Below are positions 1 to 10,678 of a stretch of 64,000 bases of DNA, piece after piece. The notes beneath the pieces are model-generated. The model was not told the origin of the DNA. It worked only from the letters and a program-made list of their open reading frames with translations, and ran no database searches. Position 1 is the stretch's first letter. Every line of letters begins with the position of its first letter. Origin of the DNA: Candidatus Dormiibacterota bacterium (GTDB lineage: Bacteria; Chloroflexota; Dormibacteria; Aeolococcales; Aeolococcaceae); assembly GCA_963709585.1 (NCBI GenBank), contig CAVPXI010000011.1, positions 1-64,000 of the forward strand, given 5' to 3'. Both the position numbers and the translations under genes were made by a program.

Positions 1-30
1 GACCCCTTGACGACGCGTGGTTCTATCCGG

Positions 31-378
31 TCAGTTGCAGGCTGTGATGCTGCTTCTAACGAGCCCATGCCCGTCAGTGTTGATTGTCACCGTCCCCAGA
101 TCTGTAGGAGGGGTGTGGATGTAAGTGGGCGACAGCGCCGCCACGGAAGCTGCATACGATCCGTTGTCGCTGTAGTACGCGTCGCTGGCCGTCTGGACCG
201 TCTGCAAGTCCGTCTGGCACGCTGCGGTGTTGCCTCTCTGGACCACTCCGGTGACGTTGAAGATGACGATAGCCGCCAGGACGGCCAGGATGGCGATGAC
301 GACCAACAGCTCAATGAGAGTAAACCCCCGTTGACCCTGGTGCCGTCGCCGGGCCACCCGATTGTAAATGTCATCCAT
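31..378 (-). CDS. pilA: Type IV major pilin (prepilin N-terminal cleavage/methylation)
   Basis: Basic leader, then G|FTLIELLVVIAILAVLAAIV class III signal peptide; small protein with a Cys pair; GAGGAGG RBS upstream of ATG at 378. Confidence 0.85.
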   Translation of the reverse strand: MDDIYNRVARRRHQGQRGFTLIELLVVIAILAVLAAIVIFNVTGVVQRGNTAACQTDLQTVQTASDAYYSDNGSYAASVAALSPTYIHTPPTDLGTVTINTDGHGLVRSSITACN

Positions 379-537
379 GGTGTGTAGTCCTCCTCTTGTC
401 AGATTCTGATTTTGCTGGCAGGCCAAAAAGGCCGCTCCCCTCGGGGCTCATCATCATCGCCAGCGCTCGCAAAGCAATAGATGCAAATACCTCATTTTGG
501 GTGAGCAAGATGACGGTATCCCTGCGTTCCAGTTGGT

Positions 538-1962
538 TCATGGCGCGTAGTTGAAGGCCACCACGCCGCTGAGTGACCCGTCCCCACACTGGGACTGGAT
601 GATGGCCCTGCCAGTGGCGCTCACGCCACCGGTCGTCCCGGTTACCGAGTTGTCAAATACCCCGCAAGCGCTGATCGAAACAGGCGGTCCAGGACTGCTC
701 AGGCTGAGGCCGCTGCCAATTCGCCCGCTCACACTCATGAACAACGAATTCGCGATCAATCTACCAGTGATCGTGTCACCCGCGTTGCCCTGCAGCGAAA
801 GGCCACTGGAGCGCAGATCGATGGTCCCTGAGACGGACGCGCCTTGTCCGCTTGTCTGGTAGACGCAGGTACCCTCGCCGCTCTCACAAGCGGTGGCTCC
901 GCCAGGATCGAGTAGGTGCGGGTCCGCCAAGACTGCAATGTCCGCGTACTGGCCGGTCGTTGGGGCGCTAAACGTTGCCTGAGCCTTATTGCCGCTGAGG
1001 TTGACCGACCCACCGGTGGTGTGGCCAGTCGCTGCGCAGAGTCCACCGCTCGGACCGTAGCCAGGGCATGTCAAGAAGATCGCAACCCCGCTGGGACCAG
1101 AGAGGCTTGCCTGGTTACCACTGACGCTGAGGAGGCCGGTAAAGACGTATGTGCCAGGCGCCATGGTGACGGCCGCCTCACCGCTCACTGTCAGGCTTGC
1201 CCAAAGTCCGGGTTTCACCGTGGTGGATTCGTCTCCGGCGAGGTTTTCAGTGCAACCGTTGGCTGCCTTCCATGACGTGCATCCCGATGGCATATTCGTA
1301 ACGGGCGGCGACGGGGCGCCGAGGCTGGCAAGCGGGTCAGCGATAGCGGGCGCGTAGTAGGTTGGAGTTGGGCTGCAGCCGCTACAAAGACCTGCTCCGG
1401 ACAGGAGGCGGACGTGCGCGTCAGACGGTCCAGCTGTCAACGTGCTCCTCGATGTGACGCTGCCATTGATGTAATCGTCGCCCCCGGTGGTCGTCACGTC
1501 CGCGCCGGTGCACTGGGCACAGAGGAGATTCAGGACTTGGGCAGTGGGCGCAGTCGGAGATCGGGAGAGGTTCAGAATGCACAGCAAACAGTTGATACCT
1601 GGCCCTCCGCCCGTAGACTGTGTCTGTCCAGGATTGCAGGCGTTGACTGTGTAGCCGACCGAATCGGGTGTCGCTCCAGGCTTTGGTTGCATGATGAGTT
1701 GCCCACCATCGCCGGGAGCGCACGTCAAGGAAAGATCATTTTGATTCCGTCCAGCGTCCGCAGCAGCATACGCTGCGCCACCTTCGGCACTCGAATCGCT
1801 GGTAGCAGTCAACTCCGTCTGAACGTGCTGCAGCTCAGTCAGGCTGCCTACGCCTAGCACCGATACAACGACAAGACCGAAGAATGCGATGAACGCGATC
1901 GCCAGGATCAACGACTGACCGCGCTCGCCGGCGCGGCGACCATGCGACGTGTGGTCTAGCAT
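538..1962 (-). CDS. PilX/TadG-like large minor pilin or tip adhesin
   Basis: RRAGERG|QSLILAIAFIAFFG pilin-like N-terminus lacking Glu5; large Cys/Gly/Ser-rich extracellular domain; lies in the pilin cluster. Confidence 0.7.
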   Translation of the reverse strand: MLDHTSHGRRAGERGQSLILAIAFIAFFGLVVVSVLGVGSLTELQHVQTELTATSDSSAEGGAAYAAADAGRNQNDLSLTCAPGDGGQLIMQPKPGATPDSVGYTVNACNPGQTQSTGGGPGINCLLCILNLSRSPTAPTAQVLNLLCAQCTGADVTTTGGDDYINGSVTSRSTLTAGPSDAHVRLLSGAGLCSGCSPTPTYYAPAIADPLASLGAPSPPVTNMPSGCTSWKAANGCTENLAGDESTTVKPGLWASLTVSGEAAVTMAPGTYVFTGLLSVSGNQASLSGPSGVAIFLTCPGYGPSGGLCAATGHTTGGSVNLSGNKAQATFSAPTTGQYADIAVLADPHLLDPGGATACESGEGTCVYQTSGQGASVSGTIDLRSSGLSLQGNAGDTITGRLIANSLFMSVSGRIGSGLSLSSPGPPVSISACGVFDNSVTGTTGGVSATGRAIIQSQCGDGSLSGVVAFNYAP

Positions 1963-2633
1963 GGGTTACCCGCGCTCGTTATTCTTGACCCTGAACCGGC
2001 TGGGTCCGTGGCGATGGGATGCAGCACCAAGATCTCTGACGGGCCTTTGGTGACACCCACCGTTGTGATGCTCACCGGAATCGCCCGTACCCACGAATGG
2101 GTTTCCCCCAGTGGCATGACTGTGGCCACGGCACCAACCTGTATGTTTAGCCTGACCTCTCTGGCCAGCGGCAGGGAGGCGGCAACCGTCGACACGGATC
2201 CGCTCGAGGATATGGCGTACTCAGTCCTCAGCGCTGTGGTGTTTGAGCCGATCGCATACACGGCTACATGACATGAGGAGTCCGAGATTTGCGGCCATCC
2301 GAGGCAAAGGTCGGCGTCTGGACAGTCGCGGTCGGGAAGCTTGGCGAAACCATTAGCACAGCTACCGTATGGCGTGTCGGAAGCGGGCGTGTGGACGCAT
2401 GCAGCGCGAGCACCGTCCTTTCCGAGCGTCTGCTCCAGCACCATCAAGTCATGGGAGCCCAGCAGTCGCGCCTGTGGGCCGCCAGGACGAAGAACCTCCA
2501 AGCCGACCGAGAAAATGGCGGCGATGGCGCCTCCGATGATTGCCAGTATTGTCATCGATACAATGACTTCGATAAGCGTGAAGCCGCTTTCGTGCCGGTG
2601 TCTCGGATGGCGCATCAAGTGTGATCCGCTCAC
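1956..2633 (-). CDS. Type IV minor pilin
   Basis: HESG|FTLIEVIVSMTILAII motif; start is GTG 2633 (GTGA overlap with upstream stop) or ATG 2615. Confidence 0.8.
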   Translation of the reverse strand: MSGSHLMRHPRHRHESGFTLIEVIVSMTILAIIGGAIAAIFSVGLEVLRPGGPQARLLGSHDLMVLEQTLGKDGARAACVHTPASDTPYGSCANGFAKLPDRDCPDADLCLGWPQISDSSCHVAVYAIGSNTTALRTEYAISSSGSVSTVAASLPLAREVRLNIQVGAVATVMPLGETHSWVRAIPVSITTVGVTKGPSEILVLHPIATDPAGSGSRITSAGNPC

Positions 2634-3160
2634 CACGACTGGCTCTTCCATATGGTCCGAGTCAATGACCGCGTGCCGTGCGACACACTGAGTGCAATTT
2701 CCTGGACGCCCCAATCACAGGGTTTTGTCTCCGTGCAGGTGCCCGGCGTGACGCAGTACTTGATTGGTGCCGTGGCAACAAGGTTGCGCGTCCCGCTGGT
2801 CGAAAGGTACACCGCGGAGGCGCTCCATGCTGTCACACCTGAAGGTGGCAGCGGAAGATGGGAATTGTAAGCTGCAGCAGTCGCGCACAGCTGATATGCG
2901 AGCCCCGTCGACGGCGTTGAGTCCCGAACGAAGTCCGACAATTGCCGCATGGCGACCTCTAGCTGCGACTGATCTTGGGCGATGAGTGCCACCTGCTCGG
3001 TCTCAGCCAGTGCAAAACCTATTCCTACGACGCCAACGGACATCACCGCGATGGTCACTAGGCTCTCGATCAGAGTGAGCCCGCTCTCGGCTCGATGATC
3101 CTGCCGTCGCCGATGTGCTCCGATGCGCGGCGAATTGCGGCGAAACAACCACTTGATCAT
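2630..3160 (-). CDS. Type IV minor pilin (PilV-like)
   Basis: ESG|LTLIESLVTIAVMSVGVVGI motif. Confidence 0.8.
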   Translation of the reverse strand: MIKWLFRRNSPRIGAHRRRQDHRAESGLTLIESLVTIAVMSVGVVGIGFALAETEQVALIAQDQSQLEVAMRQLSDFVRDSTPSTGLAYQLCATAAAYNSHLPLPPSGVTAWSASAVYLSTSGTRNLVATAPIKYCVTPGTCTETKPCDWGVQEIALSVSHGTRSLTRTIWKSQSW

Positions 3161-3162
3161 GG

Positions 3163-4287
3163 CTACGGCTTGAATCCGCCGGCGAGTGAGTAGATTGAGG
3201 TGATTAGGGTCACAGCGACGAACCCGACGATGAGACCGACGAAGATGATCATTGCCGGCTCCAAAAACGCTGTCAGCCGCTTGATCCGATAGTCGAGCTC
3301 ATCCTCATACATGTCCGCAGCCTCAGTAAGATTGAGGTCAAGGTGGCCCGTCTCCTCACCAACGCGGAACATTTGGATGACGGCAGGCGCGAATACCCCC
3401 GACCTCTGGAGAGGTCGGTAAAGGCCTTGCCCGGCGGCCAGTGCAGGACCGACTTGTTCGAGCTTTCTCCTGAATACCCGGTTGCGAACGTTGTCGATAA
3501 CGACTCCGTACGTTTGGCTGATGGGTACTCCGGCACCCAGCATATCGCCAAGGGTGCGGCAGAATCGCTCGGTCATTGAAGTCCGGAGGAGCGCCGCGAT
3601 GATGGGAACCTTGAGCAATGCGTTGTCGACGAGATAGTGCCCACGGTCGGTGCGCACTCCGATTCCTGCCGAGACGACGACCAGGAGGGCGGCCGCTGCG
3701 ATGATCGCTCCGTTGTGACCGATGAAGGCGGAAAGCCCGAGCATTGCGTTCAGGATTCCTGGCGTCGGCACCTGTAGCGATGCATAGAGGTCACTGAACT
3801 TCGGAAGCACAAAGACAACAATTCCAATCGTAATTGCGATGGCAAAGGTGAAGATCACTGCCGGATAGGTCATAGCTGCCTTGATTTTCTGTCGCGCCGC
3901 CGCCTCCCGTTCGATGTGTCGGCCAGCCTGACGGAGAACCACGTCGAGGTTTCCCGTCACTTCAGCTGACCGCACCATGTCGCATACGATCCTGGGGAAC
4001 ACGTGCGGATGCCTCTCGAACGCGTCGCTCAAGCGCACACCGGTTTGGAGATCATTGGCGACAGCTTCATAAGCTTCACGAAGCCGGGGAGTTGTGGCCT
4101 CCTGGGCGAACGTCTCGATGGCGGTCGTCACTGGGACGCCCACTCGCACGAACGAGGCCAGTTGACGGCAAAACAGCATGATGACCTGGGGTTTGACCGC
4201 GGATGGACTGTACGTCAGGAAGCTTCGAACTGACTGACCAAACGTCCTCTTTTTGCGCGTCGTTGCCGCAGAGGCGACCTGTGCCAT
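3163..4287 (-). CDS. pilC: Type IV pilus platform protein (PilC/GspF family)
   Basis: Two T2SS-F repeats (FCRQLASFVRVGVP..., GEETGHLD...LEPAMII) with TM segments. Confidence 0.92.
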   Translation of the reverse strand: MAQVASAATTRKKRTFGQSVRSFLTYSPSAVKPQVIMLFCRQLASFVRVGVPVTTAIETFAQEATTPRLREAYEAVANDLQTGVRLSDAFERHPHVFPRIVCDMVRSAEVTGNLDVVLRQAGRHIEREAAARQKIKAAMTYPAVIFTFAIAITIGIVVFVLPKFSDLYASLQVPTPGILNAMLGLSAFIGHNGAIIAAAALLVVVSAGIGVRTDRGHYLVDNALLKVPIIAALLRTSMTERFCRTLGDMLGAGVPISQTYGVVIDNVRNRVFRRKLEQVGPALAAGQGLYRPLQRSGVFAPAVIQMFRVGEETGHLDLNLTEAADMYEDELDYRIKRLTAFLEPAMIIFVGLIVGFVAVTLITSIYSLAGGFKP

Positions 4288-4296
4288 TCCTGTCCC

Positions 4297-6024
4297 CTAC
4301 AACACGTACACGGTGCGCATCGCCTCGGCGATCGTGGTCTTGCCGTCGTCGACCAGATCGCACACCGCATCCTGCAGCGTGCGCATGCCCTCGCCGCGTG
4401 CGTATTGCCGGATCTCCTCCTGAGTTGCGTGGCCGACGATCATCGCGCGCACCTGCTCATCAACACCCATGCATTCGAATACCCCGGTGCGCTCGTAGAA
4501 ACCCGTGAAACTGCAGCGCCTGCAGCCGGTGCCGGCTATCTGGTTGCGTCCGGGCTCGCGGCCGCGCACCAGGTTGTAGAAATCCCGCTCCGGCGCCTGC
4601 ACAGCCACCTCCGCGCTGCAGTGAACGCAGTTGACGCGAACCAGGCGCTGAGCAACCACGCCGACGACGGATGACGCGACGAGATATCCCTGCAGTCCCA
4701 TGTCGAGGAAGCGAAAGAGCGCGCCCACCGCGTCGGCCGCATGCAGCGACGCCATGACCAGGTGCCCGGTGAGCGCGGACTGCACGGCGATCTGCGCCGT
4801 CTCCTCATCGCGCACCTCGCCGATCAGGATCACGTCGGGGTCCTGGCGCAGGATGGCGCGAAGACCGTTGGCGAAGGTCATGCCCGCCAGCCGGTTGATC
4901 TGGACCTGGTTGATGTTGTCGAACTGATACTCGACGGGGTCCTCGATGGTCGTGATGTTGCTCAGGGCGCGATCCATCTCGTTGAGCGCTGCGTACAGGG
5001 TGGTGGTCTTCCCCGATCCGGTCGGGCCGCTGACGATGAACAGCCCGTACGGGGAGGCGATTAAGCGCCGCAAGAGCTCGTGCTCCTGCTCGCGCAACCC
5101 CAGCTGTGCCAGGGGCAGGAGCGAACGCGAGCGATCGAGCAGACGGAGCACCACCTTCTCACCCCAGATGGTCTCCATCGTGGCCACGCGAATGTCGACG
5201 GTGCGACCGTCGACATTGACCGTCGTCTGCCCGTCCTGGGCGCGATGCCGGTCGACGATGTCCATGTCGGCCATGATCTTCAGCCTTGAAGCCAGCGGCC
5301 CCCCCAACTGGCTGGGCAGGGTCTGCACGTCGCGCAGCGCGCCGTCGATGCGGTAGCGGATTCGGAGGCGGTCCCCCTGCGGCTCGATATGGATGTCCGA
5401 TGCCCGGTCGCGCAGTCCCTGCGTCAGCAGGAGATCGACAATCTGCACCACCGGCGCGTTGGGGCTGACCACGGCCAGCTCCGCCACTCGGTCTTCGCGC
5501 ACGCTCGTGAGCACGGCGCGCTCCACCGCCTTGCCGACCTTCTCGTGCACGCTGTAGAACCGGTCGAGCGCGCGCTCGATGGTGTCAGCGTCGGCGAACT
5601 CCATTCGCACGCTACGGCGGACGGTCTCGGTGACCAGCTGGGTCAGCGCCAGGTCGTCCGGCTTGATGGTGGCGACGTGCAGGATGCCGTCCTCGTCCAC
5701 CCCGTAGGGGAAGATCCGGTGCTCGCGGGCGAACGCCGCGCTGAGGCTCTCGACCGCCTCGGGTTCGGCCTCGATAGTGTCGAGGTCGAGCGGGATCAGC
5801 CCGAGTTTTGAGGCGAGCGCTCGAGTGACGAGGTCGCTACGCACCCCCAGCGCAACAAGAATCTCGCCGAGCGGCCGCTGGTCGCGACGCTGCAGCTTGA
5901 GCGCGACCTTGACCTGGTCTCTGGTGGCGGCGCCCGAGTTGATGAGCAGATCGCCGATCCGCCGCGAGGCAGCGATGCCGAGGTCGACCGGACGGTCTCC
6001 GCGCCCCCCAAGCTTCATGACCAC
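4297..6024 (-). CDS. pilB: Type IV pilus assembly ATPase (PilB/GspE)
   Basis: RIGDLL MshEN-like N-terminus, ASDIHIEP, Walker A GPTGSGKT, TIEDPVE, LRQDPDVILIGEVRD, Cys4 motif. Confidence 0.95.
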   Translation of the reverse strand: MVMKLGGRGDRPVDLGIAASRRIGDLLINSGAATRDQVKVALKLQRRDQRPLGEILVALGVRSDLVTRALASKLGLIPLDLDTIEAEPEAVESLSAAFAREHRIFPYGVDEDGILHVATIKPDDLALTQLVTETVRRSVRMEFADADTIERALDRFYSVHEKVGKAVERAVLTSVREDRVAELAVVSPNAPVVQIVDLLLTQGLRDRASDIHIEPQGDRLRIRYRIDGALRDVQTLPSQLGGPLASRLKIMADMDIVDRHRAQDGQTTVNVDGRTVDIRVATMETIWGEKVVLRLLDRSRSLLPLAQLGLREQEHELLRRLIASPYGLFIVSGPTGSGKTTTLYAALNEMDRALSNITTIEDPVEYQFDNINQVQINRLAGMTFANGLRAILRQDPDVILIGEVRDEETAQIAVQSALTGHLVMASLHAADAVGALFRFLDMGLQGYLVASSVVGVVAQRLVRVNCVHCSAEVAVQAPERDFYNLVRGREPGRNQIAGTGCRRCSFTGFYERTGVFECMGVDEQVRAMIVGHATQEEIRQYARGEGMRTLQDAVCDLVDDGKTTIAEAMRTVYVL

Positions 6025-6160
6025 CGTTCCGCCCCTATCGCGCCGTACGATGCGCTGTGCGCGCCTCGTTTACATTGGAGGGAGCAGCGGCCGCACATAT
6101 GCACCCTGTCCATCCCCAAAGATCCTCTCGTATACATGTGTCATATGAGCAGACGCATCG

Positions 6161-6877
6161 ATGGCACAGCCCCTAGGGCAAATGCATCAGCCACCGAACG
6201 CTGACCCCCTGATCGCCGACCGGGAATCCGGTCGCGAGCGGCTGATCCGCGTGCTAATCGTAGAGGACCATCGAATGTTCTCGCAGGCGCTGAGTGCGGC
6301 GCTCGATGAGGCCGACGACATCGCCGTCACCTCGGCGGTGAGCAGCGCTGCCGATGGCCTGCGGGCGGCGGCCGAAACCAATCCGGACGTCGTCCTGATG
6401 GACTACCGGTTGCCCGACGGCAATGGGGTTGAGCTAGCGCGGCGCATCAAAGCGACCACGCCCGCAGCTCGGATCGTGATGCTCACAGCGTCCTCGGACG
6501 ACAGCGTGCTCCGCCAGGCGATCGAGGCCGGCTGTTCGGGTTACCTCACCAAGGACCACACCATCGAGGAATTGATCCTCGCGGTTCGCGCCGCGTACAA
6601 CGGCGAGGCCGTTATCTCGCCGGCACTGCTCAGCCTGCTGGTCGCACGCGAGACCGACCGAGCGCGTCCCGGATCGGATCTCACTGCCAGGGAGGCGGAG
6701 GTGCTCCGGCTGCTCGCCCAGGGCCGCTCCAACCCCCAGATCGCCACCGCTTTGGACATTCGCCTGGCGACGGTTCGGAACCACGTGCAGAGCGTGATCG
6801 AGAAGCTGCACGCGCATTCCAAGCTCGAGGCGGTCGCGACCGCGACCCGTCTGGGGATCATTCGACCAGCCGACTGA
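6161..6877 (+). CDS. NarL/LuxR-family response regulator
   Basis: REC (VEDH..DVVLMD..LTK) plus C-terminal LTAREAEVL HTH. Confidence 0.92.
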   Translation: MAQPLGQMHQPPNADPLIADRESGRERLIRVLIVEDHRMFSQALSAALDEADDIAVTSAVSSAADGLRAAAETNPDVVLMDYRLPDGNGVELARRIKATTPAARIVMLTASSDDSVLRQAIEAGCSGYLTKDHTIEELILAVRAAYNGEAVISPALLSLLVARETDRARPGSDLTAREAEVLRLLAQGRSNPQIATALDIRLATVRNHVQSVIEKLHAHSKLEAVATATRLGIIRPAD

Positions 6878-6906
6878 CGCCGCGGGGTGGCGGCGCCATA
6901 GGTCGG

Positions 6907-8277
6907 TCACGTGATGACGCTCTGCGCAGCGTCCATGTCCGGCGCCCAGCAACGGACGGTGGTGCCGCCTCGGGGTTTGCTCTTGACCCGCAGCCAGCCG
7001 CCGGCCGCCTGAGCTCGCTGCTGCATGGTTCGCATCCCGATGTGTCCGGGAAGCGCGCGGGTGCTCAGTTCATTCGCGTCGAACCCGACACCATCGTCGT
7101 GCACGCTGAGGAGCGTGCCGTTGTTCTCCTCGCTGAGCACCACGATGATCTCCGAGGCGCGGGCGTGCTTGAGGACGTTGGTGAGCGCCTCCTGGGCAAC
7201 GCGGAAGAGGGCAACCTGGAGGTAGCGCGGCGGCTCCGCAGTGAGCCTGCTCTCGACCCGGACGCGTGGCGGGCTGTCCGGAAAGAGCTCCTCTGCAGAT
7301 CGGCCGATCGCATACGCCACACCCTCCTTCTCCAGCGATGCGGATTCGAGCCGGAAGAGGAGGCTGCGGAGACGGCTGATCGCCTCGGTCACCGTGCCCT
7401 CGATCTCCGACACTCGCTCGGAGAATTCGCGGGTCGGCGCGTGCCGGCGGAGAATCTGGAGGCGCAGTCCGATCGCCGCGATCGCCTGGATAGAGTTGTC
7501 GTGGATCTCGACGGCGATCCGGCGGCGCTCCTCCTCCTGCGCTTCGACGAGATCGTCCATCAACGCCCTGCGCGTCTCGTCGGCGGTCTGCAGCAGCTCG
7601 GCGGTGAGCCGGACGCTCTCCTCGTGGCTCTTGCGCTCGACCAGCTCGGTGCTGAGCCGCTCCACCAGACGGGCATTCTCGATTGCCAGGGCGGCGCGAT
7701 CCGCCAGCTCCTGGGCGAAGTGCTGATCGCGCTGGGTGAACGGTCCCTTGTCAGCACGGCGCCAGAGCCCAAGCGTTCCGATCACCCGCCCGAGCGCCCG
7801 CAGCGGGCAGATCAGCGCCGTGTGGACGCCGAGGTCGCGGAGGACCCGGCCGGCGTCGGGGCCAAACGTGGCGAAGACCGTGTCGAGCTGGTCGCCGCGG
7901 ATCACCATCGGCTGGACCTCGCGGACCGCGGCCGGGAAGGGTGCTAGATCTGCGACGTCCGTCGGCGCGGACAGCAGGAGGCGGCGGATCAGGTCGCGCC
8001 TTTGAGGATCGACATCGTCGGCCATGGCGACGCGAACGTGGGCTCCTTCGTCGTCGAGCACTCGGAGCACGGCGATGTCGCCGAGAACGCGCGAGACCAA
8101 CTCGACAACGCGCTGAACGACGGAGTCGGTATCGGTGATGGATTCGGCGAGGGCTTCCGACAACTCCGCGAGCGCGAGGGCGCGACCCCCGTCGCGCCGT
8201 GAGGGCAGCCCTCCGCGTCCCGGGAAGGCGACCACGTTTCCCTCGTCATCGCCGTGGGAAGCCATTGGAAGGCTCAT
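6907..8277 (-). CDS. Cytoplasmic GAF-domain sensor histidine kinase (HisKA_3)
   Basis: GAF, ERRRIAVEIHD H-box, QEALTNVLKHA, DDGVGF, GMRTM. Confidence 0.9.
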   Translation of the reverse strand: MSLPMASHGDDEGNVVAFPGRGGLPSRRDGGRALALAELSEALAESITDTDSVVQRVVELVSRVLGDIAVLRVLDDEGAHVRVAMADDVDPQRRDLIRRLLLSAPTDVADLAPFPAAVREVQPMVIRGDQLDTVFATFGPDAGRVLRDLGVHTALICPLRALGRVIGTLGLWRRADKGPFTQRDQHFAQELADRAALAIENARLVERLSTELVERKSHEESVRLTAELLQTADETRRALMDDLVEAQEEERRRIAVEIHDNSIQAIAAIGLRLQILRRHAPTREFSERVSEIEGTVTEAISRLRSLLFRLESASLEKEGVAYAIGRSAEELFPDSPPRVRVESRLTAEPPRYLQVALFRVAQEALTNVLKHARASEIIVVLSEENNGTLLSVHDDGVGFDANELSTRALPGHIGMRTMQQRAQAAGGWLRVKSKPRGGTTVRCWAPDMDAAQSVIT

Positions 8278-8786
8278 CGAATCGGGCCACCCTGATTTGC
8301 GAGCTGCCGTTGGGCGGCCTCGAGGCGCGCCTCGGTGTCAGCGAGCTTCTGCGCAAGGTCGAGGATGAGCTCCTGCAGGTCGACAGCCGGGAGCCCGATG
8401 CGCCCCCGTCCGCTTCGGCGGATCGCGTCCACCAACTGGGCGTCGTCGACTCCTTTCACCAGGTATTCGTCGACGCCGGCCTGCAGCATGGCGACCACAA
8501 CCTCGCGATCGGCGTGGGCCGAATACGCGATCAGGCGGGCGTCGGGAGCGTGCCGCGCGATGAGGCGCGCAGCCCTGGGACCGCCACCGCCGGGCATGCG
8601 CACATCGATCACCACCGCGTCGGGTGTGGTGTCGCGGGCCTGATCGCCCGCGGAGTTGGCGTCGCCCGCGGAGCCCACGAGCAGGAGTCCGGGCACCGAG
8701 GCGATCAGATCGCAGAGCGCGGATCGCATGATCGGGTCGTTCTCGCAGATGAGCACGCGAACGGCGGAGGGCGCGTTGTCACTCAC
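8274..8786 (-). CDS. Response regulator: receiver plus short coiled coil, no HTH
   Basis: VLICEND..IDVRMP..YLVK; GTG start at 8786 with GAGGA RBS; ATGA overlap with the kinase gene. Confidence 0.8.
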   Translation of the reverse strand: MSDNAPSAVRVLICENDPIMRSALCDLIASVPGLLLVGSAGDANSAGDQARDTTPDAVVIDVRMPGGGGPRAARLIARHAPDARLIAYSAHADREVVVAMLQAGVDEYLVKGVDDAQLVDAIRRSGRGRIGLPAVDLQELILDLAQKLADTEARLEAAQRQLANQGGPIR

Positions 8787-9187
8787 CTCGGGTTCCTCGC
8801 CGAACCTGGTCGAGCGGCCCACGTCGACCCCTCCGGTGGCGTGCACCGGGTGACGCGGGTGCCTCGAGTGCACCTCATGCCTCCCTGAGATCCCCCAAAG
8901 TTTCCCCTGACGACCAGTCCGACCCGGAGACCGTCGAAGCCTCCCAGGCTGGATCGCGCCGATCGTATCAGCAAATCGCAACCAGTCACAAAGTGCCGAT
9001 ATCGGGGTCGATCGGTGACCCGTGTTGGCTTCACCACTGAAACGTCGCACTTGACATGGTGGGGGCGGGACGAGATGAAGCGTTTGCGCGATTCGCGGTG
9101 ATCGACGCATTGAGTTCGAGACCCCTCAGCTTCGGCCGACGGGGACAGATCCGTGGAAGGGGCCGAGCAAGTGGGGGCACGCAGATC

Positions 9188-10120
<933 letters not shown>

Positions 10121-10144
10121 GGCTGCGCGAACGCCCGGTGTGGA

Positions 10145-10178
10145 CTGAGGGTCGGCGCCCGTGAGCGCCAGCCCTCGG
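10145..10178. terminator. Hairpin between convergent genes
   Basis: CTGAGGGT.GGCGC / GCGCC.GCCCTCGG inverted repeat; no U-tract. Confidence 0.4.
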
Positions 10179-10237
10179 GACCCGGGCAACTACAGGCTCA
10201 GCGAATCTGGCAGCTCGCGCTCAGCGTGAGAGCGGGA

Positions 10238-10612
10238 TCACACCCCTCGCCGAGAAGGCACCAAGTTCGGTTTCGCCTCTGATCCTGACCCGAACGGAAG
10301 ACGCATCGTCTGGCGCCAGTGCGCCCGCACCGCGTGTCGCACCTGAAGATCGGTCCACCAGAACGGGACCTCGGCGCTCAGGTCGTGGTCGACGCGCATG
10401 TGCGCGCAGACAATGCGGCGCCTCACCGGCATCCCAAAGTCCTTTCGCCGAGTCATGACGACTCGATAGACGAGATAGACGACCACCCAGAAGATCAGGG
10501 CCCCGAGCGCGGCAAGATAGACGCCGGTCGAGGACGTGCCGGCGCCACCCGCGGTGACCTGTGCCGGCGCTGCGAGGAGGAGCATTGGGGAAAGCGTAGC
10601 CCCGCCCTGCAT
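10238..10612 (-). CDS. Hypothetical single-pass membrane protein
   Basis: ORF with TM segment VYLAALGALIFWVVVYLVY followed by a basic region. Confidence 0.55.
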   Translation of the reverse strand: MQGGATLSPMLLLAAPAQVTAGGAGTSSTGVYLAALGALIFWVVVYLVYRVVMTRRKDFGMPVRRRIVCAHMRVDHDLSAEVPFWWTDLQVRHAVRAHWRQTMRLPFGSGSEAKPNLVPSRRGV

Positions 10613-10678
10613 GCCGACATTGCACGATCCGGTAACAGCGATGGGGCGCGGATCGGATCGCGGACGCGAAGCGCGGGC

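Noticed and set aside
9116-9130. 12-nt inverted match to 35207-35222 upstream of two surface-protein genes
   Set aside because: Short, built on the TCGAG word that is common here, and in opposite orientations; likely chance
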